32,000 nt of DNA from an archaeon (GTDB lineage Archaea; Iainarchaeota; Iainarchaeia; Iainarchaeales; CSSED10-239), in assembly GCA_035357435.1 (NCBI GenBank), contig DAOPNM010000001.1, forward strand, positions 1 through 32,000, read 5' to 3'. Positions 1-9,276 of the stretch are shown here, piece after piece. Position numbers and translations under genes: made by a program. Below the pieces are notes generated by a model. It was not told the origin of the DNA and searched no databases. It worked only from the letters and a program-made list of their open reading frames with translations. The stretch's first letter is position 1. Each line of letters opens with the position of its first letter.

Positions 1-54
1 TGAAAAAACCATACAAAAAACCTTATTTTAACTTAAAAGAATTAAAAAAACGCT

Positions 55-67
55 ATTTCTTGGACAC
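55..67 (+). repeat. Copy 1 of the ATTTCTTGGACAC motif, followed by T6
   Basis: Exact 13-mer read directly from the sequence. It lies 52 nt after a TGA at positions 1-3, which may be the stop of a + strand gene ending at the window edge. It forms a 14-bp inverted repeat with copy 2. Confidence 0.6.
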
Positions 68-133
68 TTTTTTCTCACTTATTATTAGTTAATATTAAGA
101 AAAAATAATATATCCAAAAACAGTGGTTTCAGG

Positions 134-146
134 GTGTCCAAGAAAT
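134..146 (-). repeat. Copy 2 of the ATTTCTTGGACAC motif (reads in sense on the minus strand)
   Basis: Plus strand reads GTGTCCAAGAAAT, the exact reverse complement of the motif. It lies 71 nt downstream of the stop of the minus-strand pilin gene. Confidence 0.6.
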
Positions 147-216
147 ATTGTTTTAAGTTATACATTAAATAACAACAAAGTTATAAAATCACCTAAAGTG
201 CAAAAAAAAAGAATAA

Positions 217-405
217 TTATTGTGTTGCTTGATTAGTAATTGCCTCTGCTTCCCTTGTGTGTTTTGCAGATAACTGTTTTACATAGATTGCAACACTTAA
301 TGCAACTAAAATAACTATACCAATAATTATAACAAACTCTAAAGACACTTGTGCCTTTTCATCTTTTAAAAATAATTTTATTTTTTTTAACATGTTTAAC
401 ACCAT
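217..405 (-). CDS. Minimal archaeal type IV pilin (class III signal peptide, Flp-sized)
   Basis: 62-aa ORF. The segment ...KDEKA|QVSLEFVIIIGIVILVALSVAIYV has a short basic leader, Q at +1, E at +5 and a ~20-aa hydrophobic helix. The predicted mature peptide is only ~44 aa. It is the last gene of the pilus operon. The true start could be the internal Met (MLKKIK...). Confidence 0.75.
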   Translation of the reverse strand: MVLNMLKKIKLFLKDEKAQVSLEFVIIIGIVILVALSVAIYVKQLSAKHTREAEAITNQATQ

Positions 406-438
406 TAATTTTTACACTATTCTTTTTTTTCTAACACT

Positions 439-1356
439 CTATACAATCCCTAATAATAACCCAGAAATTAATGTTTGAGACAAACTATATATTGCATAAG
501 ACACCCCTAGCATAACTGGGAAGTAAATAAAAATACCTGTAAGGTTTCCATCTCTCATTATACAGATCATTGCTGCAGCAGCAAATGTTAAAACTATTAA
601 ATAGATATCTAATAACATAAAAATAACTTTCTGTGCTTCAATAGATGTCGAAATAATCTCACCAGTAACTACACCTGCACTAGATGCAACGTTTGTTAAA
701 AACTCAGTAAGTACATGTGTAATTCCAAAAATAAATGGTGCAACAACAGCACCTGTTGCAGCAATAAATATTACTTGCATCATTGTTTTTGTTTGTCTTT
801 CTTTTTTTATTCTAAACATATTTTTTGCATCATCTGCAATGTCTTCTAGTGTTTCTGCTAATTGGGCACCACTTATTAATGCTTCTTTTATAATAGTAAT
901 TGTTCTTCTTATTGTTTTAGAATCTATTGTATCAGACAAATAAGACAATGCATCTTGCATAGTGTACCCCATTTCTAACCGTCTAACCATTTCTGTTATT
1001 TGGAGAGATAATGGCCCAAAATCTGCAGAAGCAACTTCTCTTAATGAGAAATCAAAAGAAGAACCTGCCTTCATACTGTCTGCAATTAATTTTAAAGCAT
1101 CAGGCCAATTTTTTTCAATTTTGTTAATAGTTTGCCTATATACAAAAATAGGAACACCAATACCTAAATCTAGAATAATTATAAATACTAAAATTCCAAT
1201 CATTACTGTGTTAGATACCAAATATACAAGTAAACCCAAAATTAAGGAAAATATTAAAAATATTAATATCCAATAAAGTGCAGGTATCTTTATTTTAATT
1301 GAAGAAAGATATATCTGATATTTGTTTAGTAATTTATTTTGCGTAGTATCTTTCAT
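439..1356 (-). CDS. Type IV pilus platform protein, half-size T2SSF domain (TadC/EpdK/FlaJ-like)
   Basis: 305 aa with N- and C-terminal TM helices flanking a soluble helical domain (WPDALKLIADSMKAGSSFDFSLREVA...LEMGYTMQDAL) typical of GspF/TadC/FlaJ. Operonic with the ATPase. Confidence 0.7.
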   Translation of the reverse strand: MKDTTQNKLLNKYQIYLSSIKIKIPALYWILIFLIFSLILGLLVYLVSNTVMIGILVFIIILDLGIGVPIFVYRQTINKIEKNWPDALKLIADSMKAGSSFDFSLREVASADFGPLSLQITEMVRRLEMGYTMQDALSYLSDTIDSKTIRRTITIIKEALISGAQLAETLEDIADDAKNMFRIKKERQTKTMMQVIFIAATGAVVAPFIFGITHVLTEFLTNVASSAGVVTGEIISTSIEAQKVIFMLLDIYLIVLTFAAAAMICIMRDGNLTGIFIYFPVMLGVSYAIYSLSQTLISGLLLGIV

Positions 1357-1391
1357 ATTTTCACTTTATTTTTCACATTATTTCTTTTAAA

Positions 1392-2543
1392 TTAAATTTT
1401 TGGTTCAATAGATTTTATATAATATATTAAAAATGCAAATATTGCAGGTAATGCTATTAGGAAAATAATTTCCATAATTGTTGTAGAAACCATGCCTTGT
1501 AAAAACATGGTGCCTCCTTGACCTAATGGGGCATTTGCTATTCCCCCCAAAATTGCAACAAACACAGGCATAACAATTGCAACAAAAATAAAAATTATTC
1601 CAAAAAAATTCATTTTTTCTCCAAATCCTCTTACTGCTTCCATAAGATCAAAAGAAACACTATCTGCAACACTGTTTATTGTTTCTGCTAAATTACCACC
1701 AGTGTTTAGTGTTCTTACAATATGAGAAATTGCAATATTAAAACTTTTTGATTGACTTCTTAATGCTGCACGTCTTAATGCAGTTCGTGTATCTGTCCCA
1801 TGATCTATTTCTAATACAATCCTACTCATTTCATCCGAAAGCACACCATAATCATTTTGGGCAATAGATTGAAGAACTTTATACAACCCCATTCCTGCTT
1901 GTAGTTCTGTTGCTAAATGTCTTAAGGCATATGGTAGTTCTGTATCAATTTCTTTTCCTCTTTTTTTAGCTTTAGACATTGGGACTAAATAAGCATATAT
2001 GAATATGAAAAAGAATATACTAAGTATAAAAATAACAGGTATTAATAATAAAAAAATCGGTTTATAAAATGTAAACAAAATAAATAAACCAATAGATATG
2101 GCAGCAGAAGTAATTAGTGAAAAAATTATAGAAAATATTAAATGTTGTAATAATGTTTTCTTTATGTTTGCTGAATATAAATAAAACGAAATTTTTTTAC
2201 CTAATGGATTTTTTAAAATAAACGATGCAAACTTATTAATTATATTCTTAAAAGGATGATACAGTTTTACAACCCTTGCCTCTGTTGGGGATTCAGTACC
2301 TGTTATAAGCTTAGAGTTAGTATCTATATCTAAGGTTGCCAGTTTTCCTTCAGAAATAATATCCCTTAGTTCTCTTAAGTGTTCTTCAATTACAGGTTTG
2401 CCTATCCCTTTTGATTCATCTTGTTTTTTTAATTTAGAAACAATTGATTCAACTGCATCAACATCTATTTCTCGCCCTTCTCTTATATTATCTGATTTTT
2501 TATCAGTTCCAGATTTGAGTTGATCTAATTTAGAGGATGCCAT
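1392..2543 (-). CDS. Type IV pilus platform protein, half-size T2SSF domain (TadB/EpdJ/FlaJ-like) with a ~100-aa hydrophilic N-terminal extension
   Basis: 383 aa. TM helices plus a T2SSF-like domain (LPYALRHLATELQAGMGLYKVLQSIA...HGTDTRTALRRAA). Sits between the ATPase and the second platform gene. Confidence 0.7.
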   Translation of the reverse strand: MASSKLDQLKSGTDKKSDNIREGREIDVDAVESIVSKLKKQDESKGIGKPVIEEHLRELRDIISEGKLATLDIDTNSKLITGTESPTEARVVKLYHPFKNIINKFASFILKNPLGKKISFYLYSANIKKTLLQHLIFSIIFSLITSAAISIGLFILFTFYKPIFLLLIPVIFILSIFFFIFIYAYLVPMSKAKKRGKEIDTELPYALRHLATELQAGMGLYKVLQSIAQNDYGVLSDEMSRIVLEIDHGTDTRTALRRAALRSQSKSFNIAISHIVRTLNTGGNLAETINSVADSVSFDLMEAVRGFGEKMNFFGIIFIFVAIVMPVFVAILGGIANAPLGQGGTMFLQGMVSTTIMEIIFLIALPAIFAFLIYYIKSIEPKI

Positions 2544-2554
2544 TTTTTCTCAAT

Positions 2555-4396
2555 TTATTTTGGTAAATATTCCTTTTGTATAATTTTTGAAACATCTGTT
2601 AAACTTCTTATGTTGTTTTCTACCATATTTTTTAAAACATTTGTTCTTCTAATAATTAATTCATTTAATTCTGAATCAGACAATTTAGAAAATGCTTTTA
2701 CTTTTTCTAAAAATTCCATTGGTGCCTTTGTTCTTTCTATTCTATCAGTTCTTGGGTTCCATGCAAACAATTCCACAATCTTTGGTGACCCCTCAATAAC
2801 TCCTGTAACTTCTGAAATAGAAGTTATTTTTCTTATTAAGCCTTTAGGGGTATTTATTTTTTTCATAACAAATATTAAATCTAAACCTGCTAACATTAAC
2901 TGAGGAACATCCATTGGTGGAGAGGTTAAACGAACAATGGTTTCAGGTGCTGTGTTTGCATGGATTGTACCCATACATCCATCATGACCTGTGTTCATTG
3001 CAGTAAGTAATGTGAATGCCTCTTGGTGTCTTACTTCCCCAACAATTATTCTATCTGGTCTCATTCTTAAAGCGTTTTTTGTAAGAATGTCCATTGTGAG
3101 CTCGCCTTTTCCTTCTAACCCTGGGGGTCTTGCTTCAAATCTAATTACTTGCTTTATTGGTAATCTTAATTCTGCAGTATCTTCTATTGTCAACACTCTT
3201 TCTCTTTCTGGAACAAACGAAGCACACACATTCAAAAAAGTAGTTTTACCAGAACTTGTTCCACCTGAAATTAAAATGTTTGCTGGTTTTGCACCACCAA
3301 ATCCCTCTACTGCACACCATATAAATCCTGCAACGTCTATGTCAATTGTTCTTAAGTTAATTAAATCAATTATGGAATATGGATCTTGTCTAAACTTTCT
3401 GATTGTAATAGTGCTTCCATCTACAGATGCAGGTGGAATTGTAGCATTCACTCTTGAACCATCAGGCAATCTTGCATCTAAAAGAGGAGAGGCCATATCT
3501 ACTCTTCTACCAATAGACCTTGCAATTTTATCAATAATTTCATAAATTTCATCATTAGAGAAATAAACTATGTTTGTTGCCATCATACCAAAGTCAGAAT
3601 GATAAACATATACTGGCTTTCCTGCACAAACAACCATTATATCTTCTAATTTATCGTCATTTAATAATGGTTCTAAAGCACCATAACCAACCATCTCTTT
3701 TACAACTGCATCTGCATAAAAATCAAAAAGATGTTTAGGAATATTTATTTCTGGTGCACTTTCTAAAATATCAATTATTTTTTGATAGTAAATGTTTTTT
3801 CTCTGTATTGGATCCCTTATTTTATAAGGATCTACTGCAATTAACCTTGTTGCAGCTTCTTTCAAAGTATTAATAATCAATTTTTGACTAGGTGTTGGTT
3901 TTGGGATTGGCACTCTATAAAATAAAGTTGCTTGCCCTTCTATTCTATAAATTTCAGTATCACCATATTTTGTTAATAATGTTGCCTTTCCTTGTTTAAC
4001 TAATTCATCTATATTAAAAACAGAAGAATCATCTTTTGAAGAGTGTGTTTCTTTAGATGCTTGAGATGTGGGAAATGAAGTCACAGAAACATCTTTTAAA
4101 GGTTCTTGTTTAATTGGTGTTGCAACTGTTTGTTTAATAGAATTAATTTCTTGCATAAGTTTTGCTAAATCTGGTTGTGAAGAAGTAGAAGATTGTGTTG
4201 GCTGTGATGTGGCAACTGTTGATTGTGGAAATGAATTTTGAGAAGATATTGGTTCTTGAGGTTGTAAAGAACTAATAGAAGCATACTTTGACTTTATTTC
4301 TTGTGATGGTGACACAACAGAAATATTGCCTTGTGCCTGTGACTCTTTTTCTTTTGCAAACTTTTTTAATAGTTCTTCAAATGTTTCTTCAGCCAT
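2555..4396 (-). CDS. Type II/IV secretion-family assembly ATPase (FlaI/TadA/EpdL-like)
   Basis: 613 aa. Walker A is GGTSSGKTT, Walker B region is DRIIVGEVR, followed by TGHDGCMGTIHAN (His box), all as in GspE/VirB11/FlaI ATPases. The N-terminal ~135 aa is a low-complexity S/T/Q/P-rich tract. Confidence 0.9.
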   Translation of the reverse strand: MAEETFEELLKKFAKEKESQAQGNISVVSPSQEIKSKYASISSLQPQEPISSQNSFPQSTVATSQPTQSSTSSQPDLAKLMQEINSIKQTVATPIKQEPLKDVSVTSFPTSQASKETHSSKDDSSVFNIDELVKQGKATLLTKYGDTEIYRIEGQATLFYRVPIPKPTPSQKLIINTLKEAATRLIAVDPYKIRDPIQRKNIYYQKIIDILESAPEINIPKHLFDFYADAVVKEMVGYGALEPLLNDDKLEDIMVVCAGKPVYVYHSDFGMMATNIVYFSNDEIYEIIDKIARSIGRRVDMASPLLDARLPDGSRVNATIPPASVDGSTITIRKFRQDPYSIIDLINLRTIDIDVAGFIWCAVEGFGGAKPANILISGGTSSGKTTFLNVCASFVPERERVLTIEDTAELRLPIKQVIRFEARPPGLEGKGELTMDILTKNALRMRPDRIIVGEVRHQEAFTLLTAMNTGHDGCMGTIHANTAPETIVRLTSPPMDVPQLMLAGLDLIFVMKKINTPKGLIRKITSISEVTGVIEGSPKIVELFAWNPRTDRIERTKAPMEFLEKVKAFSKLSDSELNELIIRRTNVLKNMVENNIRSLTDVSKIIQKEYLPK

Positions 4397-4420
4397 ACAT
4401 AGTCACTATATTTCTCCATA

Positions 4421-5395
4421 TTAGTTTAAATTTAATAAAATTATTTGGGATAAAAGAGCTTGCAATTGAATTCTATCATTTGCACCCTCAACTAATCTAA
4501 AATTAATTTCAGCAATTGCATCAATTATTTTTATTTTCTTTTGAATATTAAGTTCTGTGTCTGGAAACTCAATCACACGCTTATATATTTGAGAAATTAT
4601 GTCTTCTCCAGAAAGACCATAATCTAAAAATAAGCTATCTAGTTTCTTTTTTGCACCATCAAAATCATTATTTAAACAAGCTTCAATTAAACTAATTACT
4701 TCTTTTGGTTGCACAGCACTTGCAACTTCATAAATTGTTTCTTTTTTTATATGTGGACTTGTTGCAGAAGCTGCCTGTAAATAATTAATTGCACTTCTTA
4801 AATCGCCTTCACATACATCACAAATACTTTCAATTGCTTCTTTGTCTATTTCTAGGTGTTCTTGTAAAACAATTTCATTTATTTTTTGAGTAATATCTTC
4901 TTTTTTTAAAGGTTTAAATTTAAATAATGCACATCTACTTTGGATAGGAGAAATTATTTTAGAAGCATAATTTACACTTAAAATAAACCTAACAGTTCCA
5001 GTATACTTCTCCATGGTTCTTCTTAACGCTTGTTGAGCATCTGTTGTTAAAGCATCAGCTTCATCTAAAAATATAATTTTAAAATCTGCACCTAATGGAA
5101 TTGTTCTTGAAAAATCTTTTATGACACCTCTTACAACATTAATTCCTCTTTCATCAGAGGCATTTAACTCTAAAAAATCTTGTGAAAAGGTGTCTCCAAA
5201 CAACTCCCTTGCAAGAGCAACAGCACATACTGTTTTTCCTACACCTGGTGGCCCTGAAAAAAGCATATTAGGTATACTTCTTTTTTGTAAATAAGTTTGT
5301 AATCTTGGAACAATATGCTTCTGACCAATAACTTTATCTAATGCTTTTGGTCTATACTTTTCAACCCAAGGAAAATTTTCTTCTTTTGTGGCCAT
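4421..5395 (-). CDS. rfcS: Replication factor C small subunit
   Basis: Contains PWVEKYRP, Walker A GPPGVGKT, LDEADALT and the SRC motif (IQSRCALFKF). I prefer the start at MATKEE (5395) to the track's upstream Met at 5437, because RFC-S homologues begin just before the WVEKYRP motif. Confidence 0.92.
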   Translation of the reverse strand: MATKEENFPWVEKYRPKALDKVIGQKHIVPRLQTYLQKRSIPNMLFSGPPGVGKTVCAVALARELFGDTFSQDFLELNASDERGINVVRGVIKDFSRTIPLGADFKIIFLDEADALTTDAQQALRRTMEKYTGTVRFILSVNYASKIISPIQSRCALFKFKPLKKEDITQKINEIVLQEHLEIDKEAIESICDVCEGDLRSAINYLQAASATSPHIKKETIYEVASAVQPKEVISLIEACLNNDFDGAKKKLDSLFLDYGLSGEDIISQIYKRVIEFPDTELNIQKKIKIIDAIAEINFRLVEGANDRIQLQALLSQIILLNLN

Positions 5396-5500
5396 AGTTA
5401 TACATATTTCCAATTTACTATAAAAATAATCTTCCAATATATTTATAAAGGTGATTTATAAGATAATATATAATAAATTAAAAAAACAAAAGATGAGAAA

Positions 5501-5917
5501 ATGGCATTTAAAATAAAACTTGATAAAAAAGGAATATTATGGTTTATAGTTTCATATATAATATCCCAAGCATTAATTTGGTGGTTATCAAAAGACAATT
5601 TTTTTAAATCACCAATGTATATATTATTGCCAATTGTTGGCTTCTTTGCATTATATTATTTTACAAAACCAATAACAGAATTTGCAAATTTAAAAAAAAC
5701 AAATTTTTTAATAATATTTACAATTGTTGGGATAATTGGATTTATTGTTGCTATTTATTTTTACTATTGGAATTATGCAATATTAAATAATTTAGGGACA
5801 ATGGAAATTATGAAATATTCCATAGGGACACATCCAATATTCAAAGGATTTATAACCTCTGCATATCTAGAATTTCTAATAAGTGGGATAATTGGAATTC
5901 TTGCTGCAAAGAAATAA
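5501..5917 (+). CDS. Hypothetical small integral membrane protein (~4 TM)
   Basis: 138-aa ORF with four hydrophobic stretches and no recognisable family. Confidence 0.5.
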   Translation: MAFKIKLDKKGILWFIVSYIISQALIWWLSKDNFFKSPMYILLPIVGFFALYYFTKPITEFANLKKTNFLIIFTIVGIIGFIVAIYFYYWNYAILNNLGTMEIMKYSIGTHPIFKGFITSAYLEFLISGIIGILAAKK

Positions 5918-5948
5918 ATGGTAAAAAGAACTAACAAAATAGATTAAT

Positions 5949-7178
5949 GTGTTCAAAATATTCATAAAAACATTTGGATGTACATTAAACCAAAGAGATT
6001 CTGAAGAGATAATAAAGAACGTTAATTATACAACTGATGAAAAAGAAATAACAAAAGCAAACTATATTATAATTAATACTTGTGGTGTAAAGGAACAAAC
6101 AGAACACAAAATTATAAACTATTTAAACAAACTAAAACAAAAAAACATCCTAGAGTCTAAAATAATTATCTGTGGATGTCTTGTAGACATCAACCCTCAA
6201 ATTCTTAAAAATATATTTCCAAATGCGAACTATTTTAAAACAAATCAAATTAATGAAATAAACAAACTTTTTTTAAAAAAAAAACAAATTAAACAAAAAC
6301 AGAAATCAAAACTCACAAAAATAGTAAAGATTTCAAATGGCTGTTTAGGTGATTGCAATTATTGTGCAGTTAAATTTGCAAGAGGAAAATTAAAAAGTAG
6401 AAATCCAAAAGAAATAATTGATGAAATAAAGGAAGCTATAAACAGTGGTGCAAAAGAAATTTATCTTACTGCACAAGATACAGGATGTTATGGATTAGAC
6501 ATAAATACAAACATTGTAGAACTACTTAACCTAATTTTAAAAACAAAAGGGGACTTTAAGATAAGATTAGGCATGGGAAATCCACAATTTTTTATAAAAT
6601 ACTATAAAGAGCTTGGAGAGATTTTAAAAAATAAAAAAATGTACAAATTCATTCATATACCATTACAAAGTGGAGACAAAGAAGTTTTAAAAAAAATGAA
6701 TAGATATTATACACCAGAAGAATGGATGTTTTTAGTAAACTATTTTAGAAAAACTCTAAAAAACATAACAATTGCAACAGATATTATTGTGGGATATCCT
6801 GAAGAAACACAAGAACAATATAATAATACATTAAAGTTAATACAAAAAACAAAACCCGACATAATAAATATTTCTAGATTTGGAAGAAGGCCTGGGATAA
6901 AGGCAAATCAATTTAATGACATTAAAGGGGTAATAAAAAAACAAAGATCACGTGAACTAACAGAACTTTCAAACAAAATATCTTTAGAAAATAATTTAAA
7001 ATACATAGGAAGAATAAAAAGAACATTAATAACAGAGATAGGCAAAGGATGTTATATTGGGAGAACACAAGAATATAAGCCAGTTGTAGTTTATGAAAAA
7101 ACAAAAATTGGAGAAACTTTAAAAATAAAAATAATTGATGCAAAACCACACTATTTAATTGGAAAAACTAGTAAATAA
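5949..7178 (+). CDS. Radical-SAM methylthiotransferase, archaeal/eukaryotic MtaB (CDKAL1)-type
   Basis: N-terminal UPF0004 domain (FIKTFGCTLNQRDSE), radical SAM CxxxCxxC (CLGDCNYC) and a C-terminal TRAM-like segment (GETLKIKIIDAKPHYLIG). Uses a GTG start. Confidence 0.85.
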   Translation: MFKIFIKTFGCTLNQRDSEEIIKNVNYTTDEKEITKANYIIINTCGVKEQTEHKIINYLNKLKQKNILESKIIICGCLVDINPQILKNIFPNANYFKTNQINEINKLFLKKKQIKQKQKSKLTKIVKISNGCLGDCNYCAVKFARGKLKSRNPKEIIDEIKEAINSGAKEIYLTAQDTGCYGLDINTNIVELLNLILKTKGDFKIRLGMGNPQFFIKYYKELGEILKNKKMYKFIHIPLQSGDKEVLKKMNRYYTPEEWMFLVNYFRKTLKNITIATDIIVGYPEETQEQYNNTLKLIQKTKPDIINISRFGRRPGIKANQFNDIKGVIKKQRSRELTELSNKISLENNLKYIGRIKRTLITEIGKGCYIGRTQEYKPVVVYEKTKIGETLKIKIIDAKPHYLIGKTSK

Positions 7179-7183
7179 ACACC

Positions 7184-7196
7184 ATTTCTTGGACAC
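7184..7196 (+). repeat. Copy 3 of the ATTTCTTGGACAC motif, followed by TCTTTTTCTT
   Basis: Exact 13-mer starting 6 nt after the methylthiotransferase TAA stop (7176-7178). No inverted partner is present before glmS. Confidence 0.6.
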
Positions 7197-7318
7197 TCTT
7201 TTTCTTACAAGTTTTTAATAATTACAAAAACAAAAAATTATTTAAAACACACATAAATTAATAGCATTTGTAATTCTAAAAAAACAATTTATAAATCCTT
7301 TTTATAATAATTATAAGT

Positions 7319-9163
7319 ATGTGTGGGATTGTAGGATATATTGGAAAACAAAATGCAATACCTATTTTGATTAATGGTTTGTATAGGTTAGAATATAGAG
7401 GATATGATTCATGTGGTATTAGCATAATTGCAAATAATTCAATAAAAACAATAAAAACAAATGGTAAAATTTCTGTTTTAGAAAATAAGTTAAAAAATAT
7501 AAACTTATATTCAAATATAGGTATTGCCCATACAAGATGGGCAACACATGGTGCACCAAATGAAAAAAATGCACACCCCCATTCTGATTGTAAAAATTCT
7601 ATTGTTATTGCCCATAATGGGATTATTGAAAACTATGATTCTTTAAAAAAATTATTAAGTAAAGAAGGCCATAAATTTACAAGTGACACAGATTCTGAAG
7701 TTATAGCTCATCTTATTGAGAAATTTTATAAAGGAGATTTACTTGAAGCAGTTACTAGTGCATTATCAGAAGTTGTTGGATCATATGGTTTACTTGTTAT
7801 GCACAAAGATAAACAAGAACTGATTGGTGCAAGGAAAGGATCACCACTTGTTTTTGGGATAAATAAGATTAAGAAGGAATATTTTATTGCATCTGATGTT
7901 TCAGCAATAATAGAGCATACCAATAAAGTTATATATTTGGAAGATAATGAAATTGTAGATGTTACAAATAAAGGATATAAAATAATTAATTTGAAAGAGA
8001 CCCATAAAAAAGTAAATAAAGAAATTGAAGAAATAAAATATACATTGGATCAAATAGAAAAAGGAGGGTATAAGCATTTCATGCTTAAAGAAATATTTGA
8101 ACAACAAGATACAGTTGTACAGGCATTAGCAGGAAGAATTGATTTTAAAAAATTAGATGCAAAATTAGGCGGTTTAGAAACCACATTAAGTGATGATAAT
8201 ATAAAAAAACTAAAAAGAATAATAATTATTGGATGCGGGTCATCTTGGCATGCAGGGCTTGTATCTAAATATGTTCTTGAGAAGTATACAAAAATTCCTG
8301 TTGATGTAGAATATGCAAGTGAGTTTAGATATGGGTATCCAATAATTGATAAAGATACACTTGTAATTGCTATTTCTCAATCAGGAGAAACAATAGACAC
8401 ATTAGCCGCACTAAGGAAAGCAAAAGAGCTAAATGGGAAAACCTTTGGCATCGTGAATGTTGTTGGATCCACAATATCAAGAGAAACAGATTGTGGGATT
8501 TATACAAGAGCAGGGCCAGAAATAGGTGTCGCCTCAACAAAAGCATTTACAAATCAATTAGTTTGTATGTATCTTTTAACATTATATATTGCAAAAAGAA
8601 AAAAAACAATGGGTGATAATGAAATAAAGGAATTTATTTCAGATTTAATGAAATTACCAGAATATATTAAACAAACTTTGAAAAAATATAATCAAATAAA
8701 AATTATTGCAAAGAAGATGTCTAAAACAAAAAATTGTATTTTTTTAGGGAGAGGTATAAATTATCCTATTGCCTTGGAAGGTGCATTAAAACTAAAAGAA
8801 ATTAGTTATATACATGCAGAAGGTTATCCTGCTGCAGAAATGAAACACGGGCCTATTGCTTTAATAGACAAGCATATGCCTGTTATTGTTATTGTAAATA
8901 AAGATAAAAACTATGAAAAAGTTATTTCAAATATAAATGAAATTAAGGCAAGAGGTGGGAAGATTGTGGCAATTGCAACACAGGGGGATATTAAAATTAA
9001 AAAGATATCAGATCAGGTATTGTACGTCCCAAAAGTGCCACCATTACTAAATCCTTTTGTAAATGTTGTTGTTCTCCAACTTCTTGCATATTATGTTGCA
9101 GACGAAAAGAAATGTGAAATTGATAAACCAAGAAATTTAGCAAAATCTGTAACAGTAGAGTAA
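7319..9163 (+). CDS. glmS: Glutamine--fructose-6-phosphate aminotransferase (isomerising)
   Basis: N-terminal nucleophile MCGIVGY, two SIS domains (GCGSSWHAG; GRGINYPIALEGALKLKE) and the canonical C-terminus ...LAKSVTVE. Confidence 0.95.
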   Translation: MCGIVGYIGKQNAIPILINGLYRLEYRGYDSCGISIIANNSIKTIKTNGKISVLENKLKNINLYSNIGIAHTRWATHGAPNEKNAHPHSDCKNSIVIAHNGIIENYDSLKKLLSKEGHKFTSDTDSEVIAHLIEKFYKGDLLEAVTSALSEVVGSYGLLVMHKDKQELIGARKGSPLVFGINKIKKEYFIASDVSAIIEHTNKVIYLEDNEIVDVTNKGYKIINLKETHKKVNKEIEEIKYTLDQIEKGGYKHFMLKEIFEQQDTVVQALAGRIDFKKLDAKLGGLETTLSDDNIKKLKRIIIIGCGSSWHAGLVSKYVLEKYTKIPVDVEYASEFRYGYPIIDKDTLVIAISQSGETIDTLAALRKAKELNGKTFGIVNVVGSTISRETDCGIYTRAGPEIGVASTKAFTNQLVCMYLLTLYIAKRKKTMGDNEIKEFISDLMKLPEYIKQTLKKYNQIKIIAKKMSKTKNCIFLGRGINYPIALEGALKLKEISYIHAEGYPAAEMKHGPIALIDKHMPVIVIVNKDKNYEKVISNINEIKARGGKIVAIATQGDIKIKKISDQVLYVPKVPPLLNPFVNVVVLQLLAYYVADEKKCEIDKPRNLAKSVTVE

Positions 9164-9276
9164 AATAACAAAAATTGGATTAAATGTTTTAAATCTTATT
9201 TTAACCATCCCTAGATGTTAAATATTTAAACCATTTGTTATATTTTATATATGTAAATCTATTTTAAAAATGAAAA

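Noticed and set aside
962-1276. Antisense or shadow ORFs in the six-frame track. These are 962-1276, 2610-2903, 2991-3545, 4288-4500, 6922-7149, 7726-7923, 7901-8107, 9327-9527, 9540-10037, 9923-10114, 10847-11053, 11891-12262, 12628-12930, 13558-13935, 13957-14331, 14581-14775, 17235-17474, 17730-18077, 18127-18330, 18739-19023, 19068-19541, 20022-20231, 23816-24013, 24227-24472, 27176-27412, 27833-28060, 29616-29903, 30963-31289 and 31652-31900.
   Set aside because: Each lies wholly or largely inside, and antisense to or out of frame with, a longer ORF that has clear family motifs. Their translations are low-complexity (F/L/I/S-rich), as expected from reading AT-rich coding DNA in the wrong frame.
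5396-5437. Upstream in-frame extensions of three ORFs in the track: the RFC small subunit (MEDYFYSKLEICIT-), the topA TTG start at 10479 and the mutS GTG start at 25305.
   Set aside because: The conserved N-termini of these families begin at the downstream ATGs (MATKEENFPWVEKYRP, MHIIIAEKP, MQDQLLTPMMKQY). The extensions add non-conserved residues and encroach on promoter-like sequence.
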